DNA of 64,000 nucleotides from Pristiophorus japonicus (lineage: Eukaryota), in NCBI RefSeq assembly GCF_044704955.1, contig NC_091990.1:179800001-179864000 (forward strand). The letters run 5' to 3'. The notes beneath the pieces are model-generated. The model worked only from the letters and a program-made list of their open reading frames with translations. It searched no databases and had not been told where the DNA came from. The position numbers and the translations under genes are program-made. Below are positions 48,830 to 61,723 of the stretch, one piece after another. Every line of letters begins with the position of its first letter. Positions within the stretch are counted from its first letter, which is position 1.

Positions 48830-49215
48830 CAATGTGAAACTGAGTCATACTAGGAAGGCCCCAGTTTTACTCCTTAATCTGTGCTCAGTTGGATGAGCTC
48901 ATATAAGGGCTTGGCAGTAATGCTCTAATTAGCCCCATTGCCCCTGAGCTAGGGTGAGAAAAAGAAAGCCATCAAAGTTGCCACTCAGGATTGCCATGTA
49001 GTGTTGGAAAGTGTGCATGTGGATGGATATGTGGTGAAAGCAGGATTGGGTTTGACAGTGATGTCCTCAGTGAAGTAGCCCGCCAACACTCACCATTTCT
49101 GCACCATCATGCATAAAGAATGGCCATTTGGGAACGTACTAAACAGCTGCCAGCACGCACGAAACTATTCCAGAATGAGTCAGTGCCTTCAGCAGGGAAG
49201 GAGAGAAAAGTGAAG
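48830..49215 (+). mobile_element. Old tRNA-derived SINE (second family), near full length
   Basis: actgagtcatac..ggaaggccccag...tctgtgctcagtt...tagcccgccaacactcac...aagaatggccatttggg. Confidence 0.6.
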
Positions 49216-49789
49216 GGAGAAGACTTTTCCTTAAAACCAAGTTCTAGTGGTGTGTTACTATGATGCAACATAACATTCTTGCTGTATTTGAAGCACTAAA
49301 ATGGAGTTAATGACACAAGCTTTAACAAATATGGCTGATTCACTGCAATACTGGGCAATCGAAGACTTTTCATTCGTATTGTTTTGCTCTGAGGTCTCAT
49401 CAGTTTCATTCCTTTCAATGACTAAGTTGTGTTGTATATATTATACAATATATTAAAAATCTTGCATCTGGGTGGAATTCCTGTTAACTTTTCCCATTAT
49501 AAATTCCTCTGCTGACATTTGTACTGGAAATATCTATATAAATTTCTCATGCTGTGATTACACTCTGTGTCTAGCGGAGGCAAATGCAATGCTGCCACTG
49601 GGGGCAACGGTGCAATTACAATGTGACGAGTTTACATCGGCAGTTTCCATTATATATGTGGATATAGGAGTTAATAATGGAAATATAAAAATAAGGAAAG
49701 ATTATTGAACTGTAAAATGGGAACTGAGGTATGTCTGTGGGCCTTGGTCCAATTATACCCTGCACACCAACCATGCTGACTCTTCCCGC

Positions 49790-50850
49790 TCCCACACCAT
49801 TATTTCTGGTGTCCCCAGCCAAGGATCTATCCCTGGCCCCCTCCTATTTCTCATCTACATGTTGCCCCTGAGTGACATCATCCAAAAACACAGCATCAGT
49901 TTCCAAACGTATGCTGACGATACCCAGCTCCACCTCCCCATCAACCCTCTTGGCGTCTCTAAATTGTCCGACTGCTTCTCCGACATCCAGTACTGGATGA
50001 GCAGAAATTTCCTCCGACTTAACATTGGGAAGTAAGAAGCCATTGTCTTCGGTCCCGGCGACTAACTATGTTCCCCAGTCACCCACTCCATCCCTCTCCG
50101 TGGCAACTGTTTGAGGCTGAATCAGAATGTTCACAACCTTGGTGTCATATTTGATGATGAGATGATCTTCTGACCACATATCCATGCCATCACTAAAACC
50201 ATCTATTTCCACCTCCAGAATATTGCCCGACTCTATCCCTGCCTCAGCTTATCTGCTGTTGAAACCCTCATCCATGCCTTTGTTACCTCTAGACTTGATT
50301 ATTCTAGTGCATTTCTGACTGGCCTCCCACATTCTACCCTCCATAAACTTGAGGTCATCCAAAACTCTGCTGCCTGTGTCCTAATTCGCACCAAGTCCCG
50401 CTCACCCATCACCCCTGTGCTCTCTGACCTACATTGGCTCGCAGTTAAACAACACCTCGATTTTAAAATTCTCATCCCCTCCATGGCCTTACCTTCCCTT
50501 TCTCTGCAATCTCCTCCAGCCCTACAAACCTCAGAGATATCTGTGCTCCACCAAATCAGGCCTCTTGAGCGTCCCTGATTATAATCGCTCCACCATTGGT
50601 GGCTGTGCCTTCAGCTGCCAAGGTCCTTAGATCTGGAATTCCCTCCCTAAACCTCTCCTCCTCTCTAACTCTCTTTCCCCCTTTAAAACGCTCCTTGAAA
50701 CTTATCTCTTTGACCAAGCTATTGGCCATCTGTGCTAATATTTCCTTATGTGACTCTGTCAAATTTTGTTTGATAACGCTCCTGTGAAGCACCTTGGGAC
50801 ATTTTACTACATTAAAGGTGATATATACATACAAAGTGTTGTTTTTGTTG
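49790..50850 (+). mobile_element. L2-type LINE, RT C-terminus to 3' tail
   Basis: GVPSQGSIPGPLLFLIYMLP...YADDTQL; LIHAFVTSRLDYS; HITPVLSDLHWL; (TTG)n-like tail. Confidence 0.88.
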
Positions 50851-51055
50851 CTTTACTTGACTCCTCATGTATAAAATGTATATCTGTATATAGATATATA
50901 TTGCATGTATGTGTGTGTAAAAAATCCCTCTAAAACATGACAACTTTGAATTAAAAAAAAAAGACATCAGATGTTCCGACAAAGTTTTAACAATTCACCA
51001 TCTGTAACTTTGAACCTGTCTGTGCATTTTAAACGAAAAATGATGTACTTGTAGA

Positions 51056-51225
51056 CAACGTTCTTCCAAAGCTGTGCGGCTTCATGGCTGCGCAGCTCTC
51101 TGCCGGCCCCACAAAGCCAGGACCGGATTTCCAATGTTACGTTTCACACATGCACAAAACTGTGAATGGGCCCCCGCAGCCCCTTAAAGGGCTCGCGACC
51201 CCAAAAAATATTAGGGGGAACATTG
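51056..51225. mobile_element. 170-bp MITE, possibly hAT-type
   Basis: TIRs caacgttcttccaa / ttagggggaacattg; flanks cttgtaga/cttaaagg (degenerate 8-bp TSD). Confidence 0.5.
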
Positions 51226-51274
51226 CTTAAAGGAGCACTCAAGTAACTTAGCTAATGCAATTGCTGCCTATTTT

Positions 51275-51478
51275 GAAACTGAGCCATCCAGACCAGGAAA
51301 GTTCCAGTTTCGACCTCGAGTCTGTGCTACCATTCGCTGATCTGCGTCAGGCTACCTGAAGGGGCACTACAATTGGTCGCAGTGCCGATGGGGTTGGGAG
51401 GGAAAATATCAGCCAGGAATCATGTTGTCAATCTGTATTCAATAACTCCTAACAGAACAGGCAGATGTAGATAGTACT
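51275..51478 (+). mobile_element. Old SINE (second family), 5' half; 3' half resumes at ~53321-53470
   Basis: actgagccatccagaccaggaaagttccagtttcgacc...ctacaattgg...atcagccagg; continuation aatgtgcacttgggcaaggtattg. Confidence 0.6.
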
Positions 51479-53313
51479 GAATAAAAAACAGAAAATGCTA
51501 GAAACACTCTAAGTCAGGCAGCATCTGTGGAGGGAAACAGAGTTAATGGCCGGAATCTTACCGGCGCTGCGAGTGTGAGTTTGGAGGTGGGTCCATTGTC
51601 AAAATGGCCATGATTGACAGCGGGGTGGAAGTCCGCTCTGAACCCGCCCCCATGTCAGTTTCTCAAGTGTTGGCTCTCCCTTTGGATTGTAGACCCGGCA
51701 TTCCGTGACATGTCAGGCAATTGAACTAGTTAAGAAGTTGCTTAAAGCTATTTAAGCAGCATTTTACCAGGTCCTAACAACCTTTCCAATTTTTTTTGAG
51801 ATTCCCGTCTCTTGGGGATCACGTCAGGTAAGTCTGCCGAGTTCTCGACAACTCTGGATTGGTTTGAATAATTGACAACAGCAAAAGTGCTATAAAAGCT
51901 ACCATTTCACAGCTGTTCAATTTCCAATCTCAAGATTTGGAGCACATCTTTCAGCTTTATGGAGGTTTGAAGTGTTTGCAGTGAACTCTCTAACCAGTGT
52001 CACCTCCTTTGAGCAATCTCTCTCACCATTGACCGATCGCTTCTGTCATCTCAGCTTCACCTGCCATCTGTTCCAGCAGCATGGGTGCCCTTGAAAAAAT
52101 CTCCCCTTGGTCCTCAGAATCCCACCATGAACAGCCCCAACATCAACATCACTAGGCACACCCGCATCACCAACAACAAAACCAACCTTCTGCGCAATCA
52201 CCTGATGTTGCACAGGGCACAGAGAGAGTATCAGTATCCGACCACCAGGGATGGCCTCACCATGGCCAGATTTACTTCACTTGACGCTGTACACCCAGGC
52301 TGCTACATGATGCGCCAGGTTGGCACCACCCCTCACCAAAACCATAAACATCCCGACAATGCCCAAGCCATCCCTTTCACACTCATCACCACTGGGTGGG
52401 AAGGGGCATACCCTTTTGTCTCACCATTCACTGCAACTCACTAAGCCACTTCCAAAGGTGCCCACAGATCTGTCCAAGAAGGCAAAGTGTTGAAAATAAA
52501 GATATCAATGTTTGACAACACATTAACAGAAACGTTACATGAACATTGCATAAAACACCCAAGTGCCTACCCTTGTGTGTTGTTAGTTGTTATGATTGGA
52601 CTAGGATGAGGGTGAGTGTGAGGGGTGGCTAATGAGATTGGAATGTGATAATGTAAATAGAGAGAGAGGGATGGGTGGAGGTGCAAGGTAAGTTGGTGTG
52701 AGCAAGGATGTGCAGGAGTAGGGTAGGTAAGGCAGAGTGATGGGGTCTGATGAGTGGCACAATAGGATGAGGTTTAGTGTGGCTTTGCAGCAAGGTTTCG
52801 TGATCGACTGAGATCATTGAAAGCTTTGTGCCACTGCAGCCAGGTCCTCCTGATGACATCCCTGCTTGTGCCCTCCTCTGCAATGTGCAACCAGGCTGTG
52901 TTGGTCTCCTGGGGAGGTCTCTTCCACCCAGTGGAAGGGAAGAGAACCTCCCTGCGAGTTGTGATTCCCTCCATAAGCATCTGGCGCGAGTCTTGGGAGA
53001 GCCTGGGGGCAGCCGTGCACCATTGTGCACTGTTTGCAGCATCTCAATGCTGTAGAACACTGAGAGCACATTTGTCAAAATTAACTTAGCACGGTCCCTT
53101 TAAGGAAACCGGCTAATGATGTGTCATCAAATGACATCATCAGACCCGCTTCCTTTTAATAGGCCGGGACCTCAGATAACAAGCCCGAGCCTCGTAAAAT
53201 CACTTGGAGAGAGCGGGCTGCAACTCGCACCCCAAGTCGCCCGTCTCACTCCCAACCCGGTATGTAAAATCACAGCCAACGTTTCAGATCGATGACCTTT
53301 CATCAGAACTGCT
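51479..53313 (-). mobile_element. ~105-bp Penelope-derived hammerhead mini-element (51479-51547 + 53278-53313), split by a Harbinger insertion
   Basis: Rejoined minus strand cagttctgatgaaaggtcatcgatctgaaacgttaactctgtttccctccacagatgctgcctgac...agcattttctgttttt; 7-bp TSD tagtact (51472-51478/53314-53320). Confidence 0.82.
51548..53277 (-). mobile_element. PIF/Harbinger DNA transposon, internally deleted, with Myb/SANT-like ORF remnant
   Basis: TIRs ggccggaatcttac / gtaaaatcacagcc; 3-bp TSD aat/aac; ORF 52774..52980(-) MLMEGITTRREVLFP...AWLHIAEEGTS....RTWLQWHKAFNDL is Myb/SANT-like, as in Harbinger ORF2. Confidence 0.82.
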
Positions 53314-54519
53314 TAGTACTACTTAGCAGTCCCAATGGTCGGGTAACCTGTGAACACAGTGTTTAGATGCACACATAAATAATGTGCACTTGGGCAAGGT
53401 ATTGTAGAGTGGTGAGTGCCTGTGGAGTCATAGTAGACTGTGGTTCTGGGCTTTCATAAGAAGAGAAGGATAAATTGTAGGGGATGTGTGAGGAACTGTG
53501 AAAATTAGTGAAATAATACAGCAGTGCGAAGATTTCCATTTGCCTTGCTGTTGGAGACTAACCTACCTTAGCAAAACACCATGTACAGGTGCTAGAGTCT
53601 TGTCTGCTCCTTATCTTTTGACGAACCAGCTCTGTCAGTCTAAATTGGTCCCAATAGACTTGAAATGGCAATAACTTGTGTTTTATTGCAATTTGCTCTC
53701 TCTCTGACTTTACACTACAATCGGGTTTTAAAAAGAAAAATTTACCCCAGTGATCCCTTAAAATATAGAAGACAGTATTGTGTTCAGCAAGGTGTTAGAC
53801 TTTGCAACAATGTAAAGTTCCCATAAACCTTCAATGTCTGTTTGGTATAGGAAGTATAAGATCTAAAAAAGTGCTGCCTCTCTAAAATTCACAGATTTTC
53901 CTCCTCCATGTCAAATATATTTTTTTCCCTTCTTCTCTGCCCTGCTCTCATCATTTCATGGTATTGTTCCCTGAACTGTATATTCATTGAAATCATTTTT
54001 ATTTTAAATAAAACACAGCAGACTCCTTTTGACAACTCTCCAGTACATTCATCCTCCCTCCTGATACATTCATTGATAGGGAATTCATGTCAATGAACCC
54101 TTAAAACACATATTTTTCAAATGACTGTACCTTATTGATTGCAAGGCATGTTTATTTCTTCATTCTGTTTTTATTATTTGAGGCAAAATGAATTTTAATT
54201 TAGTCATAGCAGCACAAATGCAACTGAATGAACAATCTAAAGTTACAGAAGTAACACAATTGCAGGGATTCCAGCACCACTAGGACTGCAGTGGTTCAAG
54301 AAGTTAAGGCCCACACCATAAATGGGGCTGGGCAATAAATGCAGTTTTGTCAGCATTGATTACATTCTGTGAGCAAATAAAGAGATGTTTGAGCATCAAG
54401 TTTATGGGTAACAGATTAGATTATAAAAGGTGATTGCAATGCTCATGTAAATGAGAAAACATGTACCTGTCCAGTATTGTTTCTGCAGTCATTGACTTCA
54501 TTGGCAGGAAGCAGAAAGT

Positions 54520-55015
54520 CTATTGATCTGTTCCAAGACCAAAATACTACTCCCACATCTGTGAAAGCTCTACTCACACTTCACTCACACTCCTGCACAG
54601 GCCGCAAGAAAAAGCCTGGCTCTCACTTTTAACCTCCAACCTCTCTTTCTCTTCATTGCAGTCTTCCTGGTCACTCTTTTATTGCTGCTACTACGGTCAT
54701 TACTCCTCCAAGCTTTCCTTCCTTGTTGCTCCTAAACAGCCTCCACATTTATCCTCCTCTGTGCAGTCTCACTGTGTTGTAATTTGAAATCTTGACATTG
54801 CATCATTCTTTCTCAGGACCTCAAAACTATGGAATTCCTCACATTTCTCAGTGCTTCCATTCTCTTACAACCCATAACGTTTTGAAGCTCAAAGTTGTGT
54901 CATTTAATCACTAGCAATTGATTTACTCCGTCTTCTCTCCCACTTTTTTAAACCATAGTGGTGTCCTGCACTTAGGGGCCTCTGACCTTATCCTAGAGAT
55001 CTATATCTTTAAAAA
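54520..55015 (+). mobile_element. Old LINE 3' remnant
   Basis: Degenerate F.RTSKLWNS motif and A-rich end; related to 41855-42170. Confidence 0.45.
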
Positions 55016-57002
55016 AAATGCATATTGTTGGCGCTAAATGTTGAACTACATTAGTTTGAGTGTGGAAAATTAAAATCTTGATTTATTGAATTGCAATACA
55101 TATGTCCTATTTATTTGCTTGAAATATACAGCATCTCTGAGCTATAATATCTCCCAGGTGAACCATACACTGATGTAACAGATCTTTTACCTGGCTCATG
55201 TGTTTAAAAAAAAAATCACCTTTTATGTCACACTGATATAAACATTGCTTCAGAGTTTTAAGGCAGATGACAGACAATATGTGGTTTATGATTGTACATA
55301 GGTCCATAAGCCTTTGAAACCAGTATGAAGATAGAAATGATACACTGGATCGTAAATAGCAAAAGTTCAGGGAAAACTTTTAAAACTGCTAATAGCTGAG
55401 CTACTTTTGAAAGTTTATTTGTGAATGCATGAACTTAGCATAGAAGATTCTCCAGCTTGCTGCAACAAGGAAGACTTGCATTTATATAATGGCTTATCCC
55501 GTCCCTCAGAAATATCTCTAAGCATACAATGAACCGCTTGGAAATGCAACGATAATAGTTCAGCACTTCATTCGTAGTTTGATATGTTTTCACATAAAAG
55601 TGGAAAACCACTCGAGTATGACATTGAAGTAACAGATGCTTTGTTTACAGAGAGAATTTCTCTCAGGAGTGGCATAGGAGAAGAGTAAACATCTAAGCAG
55701 CAGATGCAAATTTAATGTTGCTTTCAATTGCCACTAAATCTGGGTGTCTAATCTAGCAAAAAATATCCATTCGATTGAGCATCTTTTTCAGGCATAAAAT
55801 GGGCACAAAACATACCAATTTAGCAGTGTGACGGCTTGCACCCAATCTGTGCAGGCATTGGTCCCACTCCTAAATTTGTGGTGCCCATTTTGCAGGCAAT
55901 CTGAACAGATGCCTAAAGCAGGCGTTAAGCCGCTTGTTAACGAGGGCCTAAAGCCTGTTGAAGGACCCCTTTGCAAAATGTGTTTCTGCTGAGCAGGGCA
56001 GGTTTTGGGCCTCAGGACTCTTCAGTGGCCCCCAGTTTGAGACTATATATATATATATATTATTTTAAAGACCCTTTCAATGGAGTCAGAAGGAGCAGGA
56101 GTGCTCCCCTAAATCCCCAGGCATCGTGATCCTCCCTGTCGCAGCCCGCTCCAACTCCCCCTTCCGGAACTACTGTTACTTTAGGTAAAGAAATATCTGT
56201 CATACATAAATGTCTTTTCTCTTCAACAAAATAAAATAAGAATTGAAGCAATGAAACTCTATGCAAGATTTGCCTGAGCTTTCTTGACTGTCAGTCTGCA
56301 GCTCCCTAGAGCAATTCAAACTGATTTAACATCACTCAGTTTCATTTTTTCTCTTGTTTAATAATGTGCAGTTCACTCTGTCCAGCTTTGATTTAGACAA
56401 CCTGCTTGTCTTGAAAAGACCGATTCATTTGATCAGCAGCTTTCCAGTGTTTTGCCCATTGTATGAGATGAGAAGCAGAGTAGTGTAGTGGCCGGCCTGT
56501 CACTTTTGTCTGAATAGGTAATGTGGACTTGTTCAGCTGAAGAGGCAGGAGCACGAATCGCTTGTTAGGCCACACGATCAAAAGTCACTCTCCTGCTTTC
56601 TCCCAATCAGTCCTCTCACTGCCCTGCTAGGCAGACATGAAATAGATTTTTCTTCTCCTAGTAGAGGCACTGAGCCAACTCGACATATGAAATGTTACAA
56701 AATTTACAAGACACATTCCATTGTTAGGTGATTTGTTTAGCAGTTTGCCTTTTTGGCCTGTGAGAAGGTGATTTCAAAAACCCTAAAATATAACTTTGAC
56801 TGCCTACGGCAATATAACTGGCTTTTGTTGTTGCTGTTGTTATTGATATTTTATAGGGGCAGCGATACTTTTTGGTTTGATGCTTTACTTAGTACCTATC
56901 CCCAAATCTCGTGTGCAGTACCTAGAGGCTCTAAAAGAAGCTAAGTCTAACCCATGGTTGACTTTACTAATGACCTCTTTGTGCTGTTGCTACCTCCTTT
57001 AG

Positions 57003-57582
57003 TCGCTGGAGATATATCACCAACGATGTCTCCGCAAAATCCTGCAAATCCCCTGGGAGGACAGACGCACCAACATCCGTGTCCTTGCCCAGGCTAACAT
57101 CTCCAGCATTGAAGCACTGACCACACTCGATCAGCTTCGCTGGGCAGGCCACTTAGTTCGCATGCCAGACACGAGGCTCCCTAAGCAATGCGGAGCTTCA
57201 TCATGGCAAACGAGCTAAAGGTGGGCAGCGGAAACGTTACAGCGACACCCTCAAAGCCTCCCTGGTAAAGTGCGACATCACCACTGACGCCTGGGAGACC
57301 CTGGCCGAAGACCGCCCTAGTTGAAGAAAGTGCATCTGGGAAGGCGTTGAGCTCTTCGAGTCTCAACGCTGCGAGCGTGAAGAGGTCAGGCGCAGGCAGC
57401 GGAAGGAGCGTGCGGCAAATCAGTGCCACCCCCCCCCCCCCCCTTCTCCCGACGGATGTCTGTCCCACTTATGACAAGATCTGTGACTCTCCTGTTGGAC
57501 TGTTCAGCCACCAAAGAACTCACTTTAGGAGTGGGAGCAAGTCTTCCTCGATTCCGAGGGACTGCCTATGATGATGATGATG
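57003..57582 (+). mobile_element. RTE LINE 3' fragment
   Basis: YHQRCLRKILQIPWEDRRTN...QLRWAGH; (GAT)n tail; exact 11-bp TSD acctcctttag (56992-57002/57583-57593). Confidence 0.94.
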
Positions 57583-58539
57583 ACCTCCTTTAGAGCAGTA
57601 CCCAGTCAGCAGCACTGAGTTATACTGGCAGTTCTGCCTTACTACCCGCTTCAATCATCCAGAGCTCTGCACATGCACACTTAAACAATATATAATGGAT
57701 ATTATCGATTTTTAGACTTACTTTAGAGATCTGGGCAATCTTGATATTTTGATTATCAAAGAATTGAGTTGAGAAATTTCTGATAAGATGATGTAATCTG
57801 TTGTTCTATCTGCTTCCGCACAGACCAGTTTAAAATACTGGGGTGTTCATCAGTAGGATTAACACCCATTCCAAAAAAGCATTTGAAAAGGAAATGGTCC
57901 TTTCTTTTTGAAAACAGGAACAAGGCCATTGCTGTTATTAAACAAATACCGTCTTCTTGATTTCTAATTTACCAGTGTTCTCTTCTTGAGTTTGGATACT
58001 GTGCCCAGTTTACTTCTTTGTACTTTGGGTGACATCATTAAGATAGTGTCACTTTTGGAAATGACCCAGGCTGTTCCAGACATTGTGTAGCTTCAAATGG
58101 GCCTGTGGGACAACGCGAGTCCTTTCAAACATTATGATAAAATGTTTATTTGAAGAGAACAGAAGATCTCTTAAAAACACAAAAAAACCTCTGTAAATAG
58201 AATGCAGGAATGCCTAAAATGGAAACAGTTCAGCTTTAAATAACTTTATACAATGGTTTTAAAGTTTGCAGCTGGTCGCTAGATACGCTCTTCCTTTAGA
58301 AGCCATCCATGTGAGCCTGCCACTGTCTGAAATTCTGTTTAGTTAACGCTGGTGAATACTGCATGCCATTCCACTTTCCATCCTCCTCTCTTACCACACA
58401 GTCAACAACGTCTGATTGCCGCACAACTTGTGCTCCTCTTTATCCGTGTTATTATAGCCCTGCTCAAGGTTGGGAGTATCTCCCATTCATTAAGCAAATA
58501 CTTTATTAACAAAGAAAAGCAAACTGTATCCACCTTCTA

Positions 58540-58915
58540 ACTTGCTTCCGTCCTTCGCTGAAAGCACTGGCACAGCTCCATGGACCTTGGCCAGCCTCCG
58601 ATACCTTGCTCAAGTGGCCATTATGCATGCATGATTCTGGTCAGTGAGTGCCAGCAGGTTATTTGACATAGGAGGCATCACACCCAAGCCCGATCTTGTC
58701 CTCTCCTGACAACACACGATGCTCATTCCAGTAGGGGACACGGGAATGGAAAGCGTGCCTATTTTTTTTGTTGTTCCCTTTTTCTTTCCTAGCCAGGAGC
58801 GTTGAAGCCGATGATAACATCCCTACCACAGCCCTGCATGGGTTTACCTGACTCACTGCAGACCACATATAAAACCTGAGATGTTCCAGGACCGCATGCT
58901 GCAGTAACATATCGG
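58540..58915 (-). mobile_element. Old tRNA-derived SINE (second family)
   Basis: Reverse complement of the 48830-49215 type body (caagtggccatt...cagtgagtgccagcagg..atttgac...gcatcacacccaagcccgatcttgtcctc). Confidence 0.6.
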
Positions 58916-59199
58916 GACTGCAGCTACCAATTGAGTCCTTGGGAATGCTGGGAAACAAATTTTATAACATAGAGATTTAAAAAACATGCTGCCAAGTTAA
59001 GGCCGACAGTTGCTGGTGGCTCAATGGAATTTCTATGTAGTGTTGAATGTTGGAATTTAAGGTAGTGGTCTGACTATACTGTGGTTGTATCTCATCCACA
59101 ATAGTTGACCTTTGGGACTAAAAAAAAGTAACTGGACTAAACACTGAGTATTAAGTCACTTCCCCACGTTGATACGGAGACATGCACACGCAACACTCA

Positions 59200-59870
59200 C
59201 TCACACTCACACTGCACAATGAGAGGGCATACTCTCTGGTAAATTGGAGCACTGGAGAATAATTATAGCATTCTATTTAGATTGTGTTCAAATGTTGTCT
59301 TTGTGGTGAATGTACAAACAGCAATTTAATGTCGGCATTTTAATAAAAATGGCAGCATATTATATCCAGAGCAGACTCTAAATATAGGAGTGTCTTATTA
59401 AAAAGGCTTATTTAGTGCCTTAATATAGCACAAAGCATGCATACCTTTTAAATTCAGATGTAAAATTTCATACATAATAACTTACTTAGTGACTGATTGT
59501 CTGCTAATCGTATAATGAATGATCCTGCATGCCCTGTACTGAAATAGGGGACACAAAGCTGATTAAAGTATGAGGCAAAAACAGAACACTTTAATTAGTT
59601 TGGAGTCCTTCGTATCATTTATTACCCTATTAGTGGGTAGGCCCACGCACGTGATATTGGCTTTTAATTCAAAGTACGTTCTGAAGAACTGATTTTTAAC
59701 CGATTGCACTCACACTTGTCAATCAGATTTTCTGATTACTCTCTCCATTAATGCACCTTAATGTGCAATGATGTAAGTGAATACTGAATAACGTACAGTG
59801 ATATTTGTACTGCTTTGTTCTGGGTCAAAGGGCCCACCTGAATTGTTTTATTATTTTACTGTAAGTACAA
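59200..59870. promoter_or_regulatory. Candidate conserved intronic enhancer
   Basis: TE-free, AT-rich; MEF2 consensus CTAAATATAG 59378-59387, E-box CACGTG 59648, DR1-like GGGTCAAAGGGCC 59822-59834, several SOX-type (C/A)TTTGT/ATTGT and TAAT sites; conservation not tested. Confidence 0.4.
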
Positions 59871-60996
59871 TGAAATCTGTCTCTAATGACCACCATCAGT
59901 GAACTCCTAATTCTAGTTCCTATATAAGTCTAGTTAAGATCTGACTTAAAATTAAAACCTATCTTTTTTCTTTCAAGTGCTAACTAACATGCTGGGCACT
60001 TCCAGTATTTTCTGTTTTATTTCAGATTTCCTTCATTGACAGTTTTTTCCCCAACTCGCATCTGAATTATTGAGTTCCTGTTGAGACTGGCAATGAGGGT
60101 TCCCTCATAAAGTGGTCGTTATGATAGTTTTCATTGTACATGCTATATTATTTTCTTAGAAACGGGAAATTAATTCTTGATCCTGACTAATGTTCGTCCA
60201 CTTCTGATGCCAGCAGTCCATGATTCAGCAGGCAGGGAAGGGGCTGCAGAACTCGAGTCTCCTGCCTCTTTCTTTACCCTATCACTCTCAAGTGCCGGGG
60301 TTTTTGTTGACCCCAAACAGGTCAGCACTGGGACCTGTGGCTGTTGTGTGATGATGGTGCCAGTTCTGGTGTGTTTGGAGAGACCATTAGCAGCAGCAGT
60401 AGCTGTGTCATCAGTGGAGCCTAGGACCAGCTTGTGCTGGTCAATTGCTGCTTAGTTCTGTTCAAAAAAAAACAGGCGCATGACACCTAGTGATTGCTGC
60501 TTTGTCTGCCCTTGGTAACATTTCAGACTTCTTGTCTGCTCAAGACTGATTTTATGCTTGGAAAATGAGCCCTATCTGAGTATGATAATCATCAGTATGG
60601 ATACTGTATAGAGAATGCCAACGGTGGGAACCAACATTACATTGAAGACCTTAATCTGTCATTGTGCTATGGAATCTGGTACAGAAATAGCTAAGATTTT
60701 TTTTTAATGAAAAATCAGCGTGAACAAGAACAGATGTTGATGTGCTTAACTTTATCTGTTGTGATCCCATGTGCAGGGGTCAAGAAGGGCAAATGCTAGG
60801 AATTGTGCTTAACATGCCAATGACAAGATAGCCTGTGCAGCAATTTCCAGAGTTAGAGCTTAAATAAAATCTTCCATTTAAAATACTTTCAGTGCTTAAA
60901 TACATTCCACAAAGCCACAAGGTTTGCATGACAGATGTTTAAATGTCACATAACAGAGCTGAAGGAACCATGGCAAGCAGTGTGTATTCCTCCCCA

Positions 60997-61318
60997 TGTA
61001 CAGGATGGGAATTCTGGGAAAGGCTGTGGCCTCATGTACAGGATGGGAATTCTGGGAAAGGCTGTGGCCTCCTGTACAGGATGGGAATTCTGGGAAATGC
61101 TGTGGCTCAATGTACAGGATGGGAATTCTGGGAAATGCTGTGGCCTCATGTACAGGATGGGAATTCTGGGAAAGGCTGTGGCCTCATGTACAGGATGGGA
61201 ATTCTGGGAAAGGCTGTGGCCTCCTGTACAGGATGGGAATTCTGGGAAATGCTGCGGCTCAATGTACAGGATGGGAATTCTGGGAAAGGCTGTGGCCTCC
61301 TGTACAGGATGGAAAATT
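60997..61318. repeat. 38-bp minisatellite, ~8.4 units
   Basis: Unit TGTACAGGATGGGAATTCTGGGAAAGGCTGTGGCCTCA starting at 60997, 61035, 61073 ... 61301. Confidence 0.96.
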
Positions 61319-61475
61319 TGATTGATGCGAATTTATTTTCCTATTTTTCTGCAGCTTGATTAGGGGGCTAAGCCACATTTCACTTCTGTGTTACTGGCTA
61401 GTGTTATTTCCTCATTTACCTCCCTTCTCTGCTGCTCACACGAACTCATGTTGGGATTCAGCTCCGTGGGCGCTG

Positions 61476-61552
61476 ATCAGATCAGCCATGATCTTATTAA
61501 ATGGTGGAGCAGGCTTGAGGGGCCAAATAGCCTACTCCTGCTCATAATTCTT
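61476..61552 (+). mobile_element. Isolated CR1 3' terminal fragment
   Basis: gatcagatcagccatgatcttatt.aatggtggagcaggcttgaggggcc..atagcctactcctgctc matches 11014-11090. Confidence 0.8.
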
Positions 61553-61723
61553 ACTTTCTTCTGGGTACCTCATCAAGTGGGCATTCGTCATGCCATTTTT
61601 CAGAAGAGACCAAACCTATCCTCATCCATCGACCATGCACACTTAATTTACAGCTGTAAAATAGTCACTGTATACCGGACGTGATGTTTCCAATCTATCT
61701 GACGTAGAACTACACCTGGTCGT

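Noticed and set aside
60935-61359. Three overlapping + strand ORFs with repetitive Cys/Trp-rich peptides
   Set aside because: Artefact of a stop-free 38-bp minisatellite read in shifting frames
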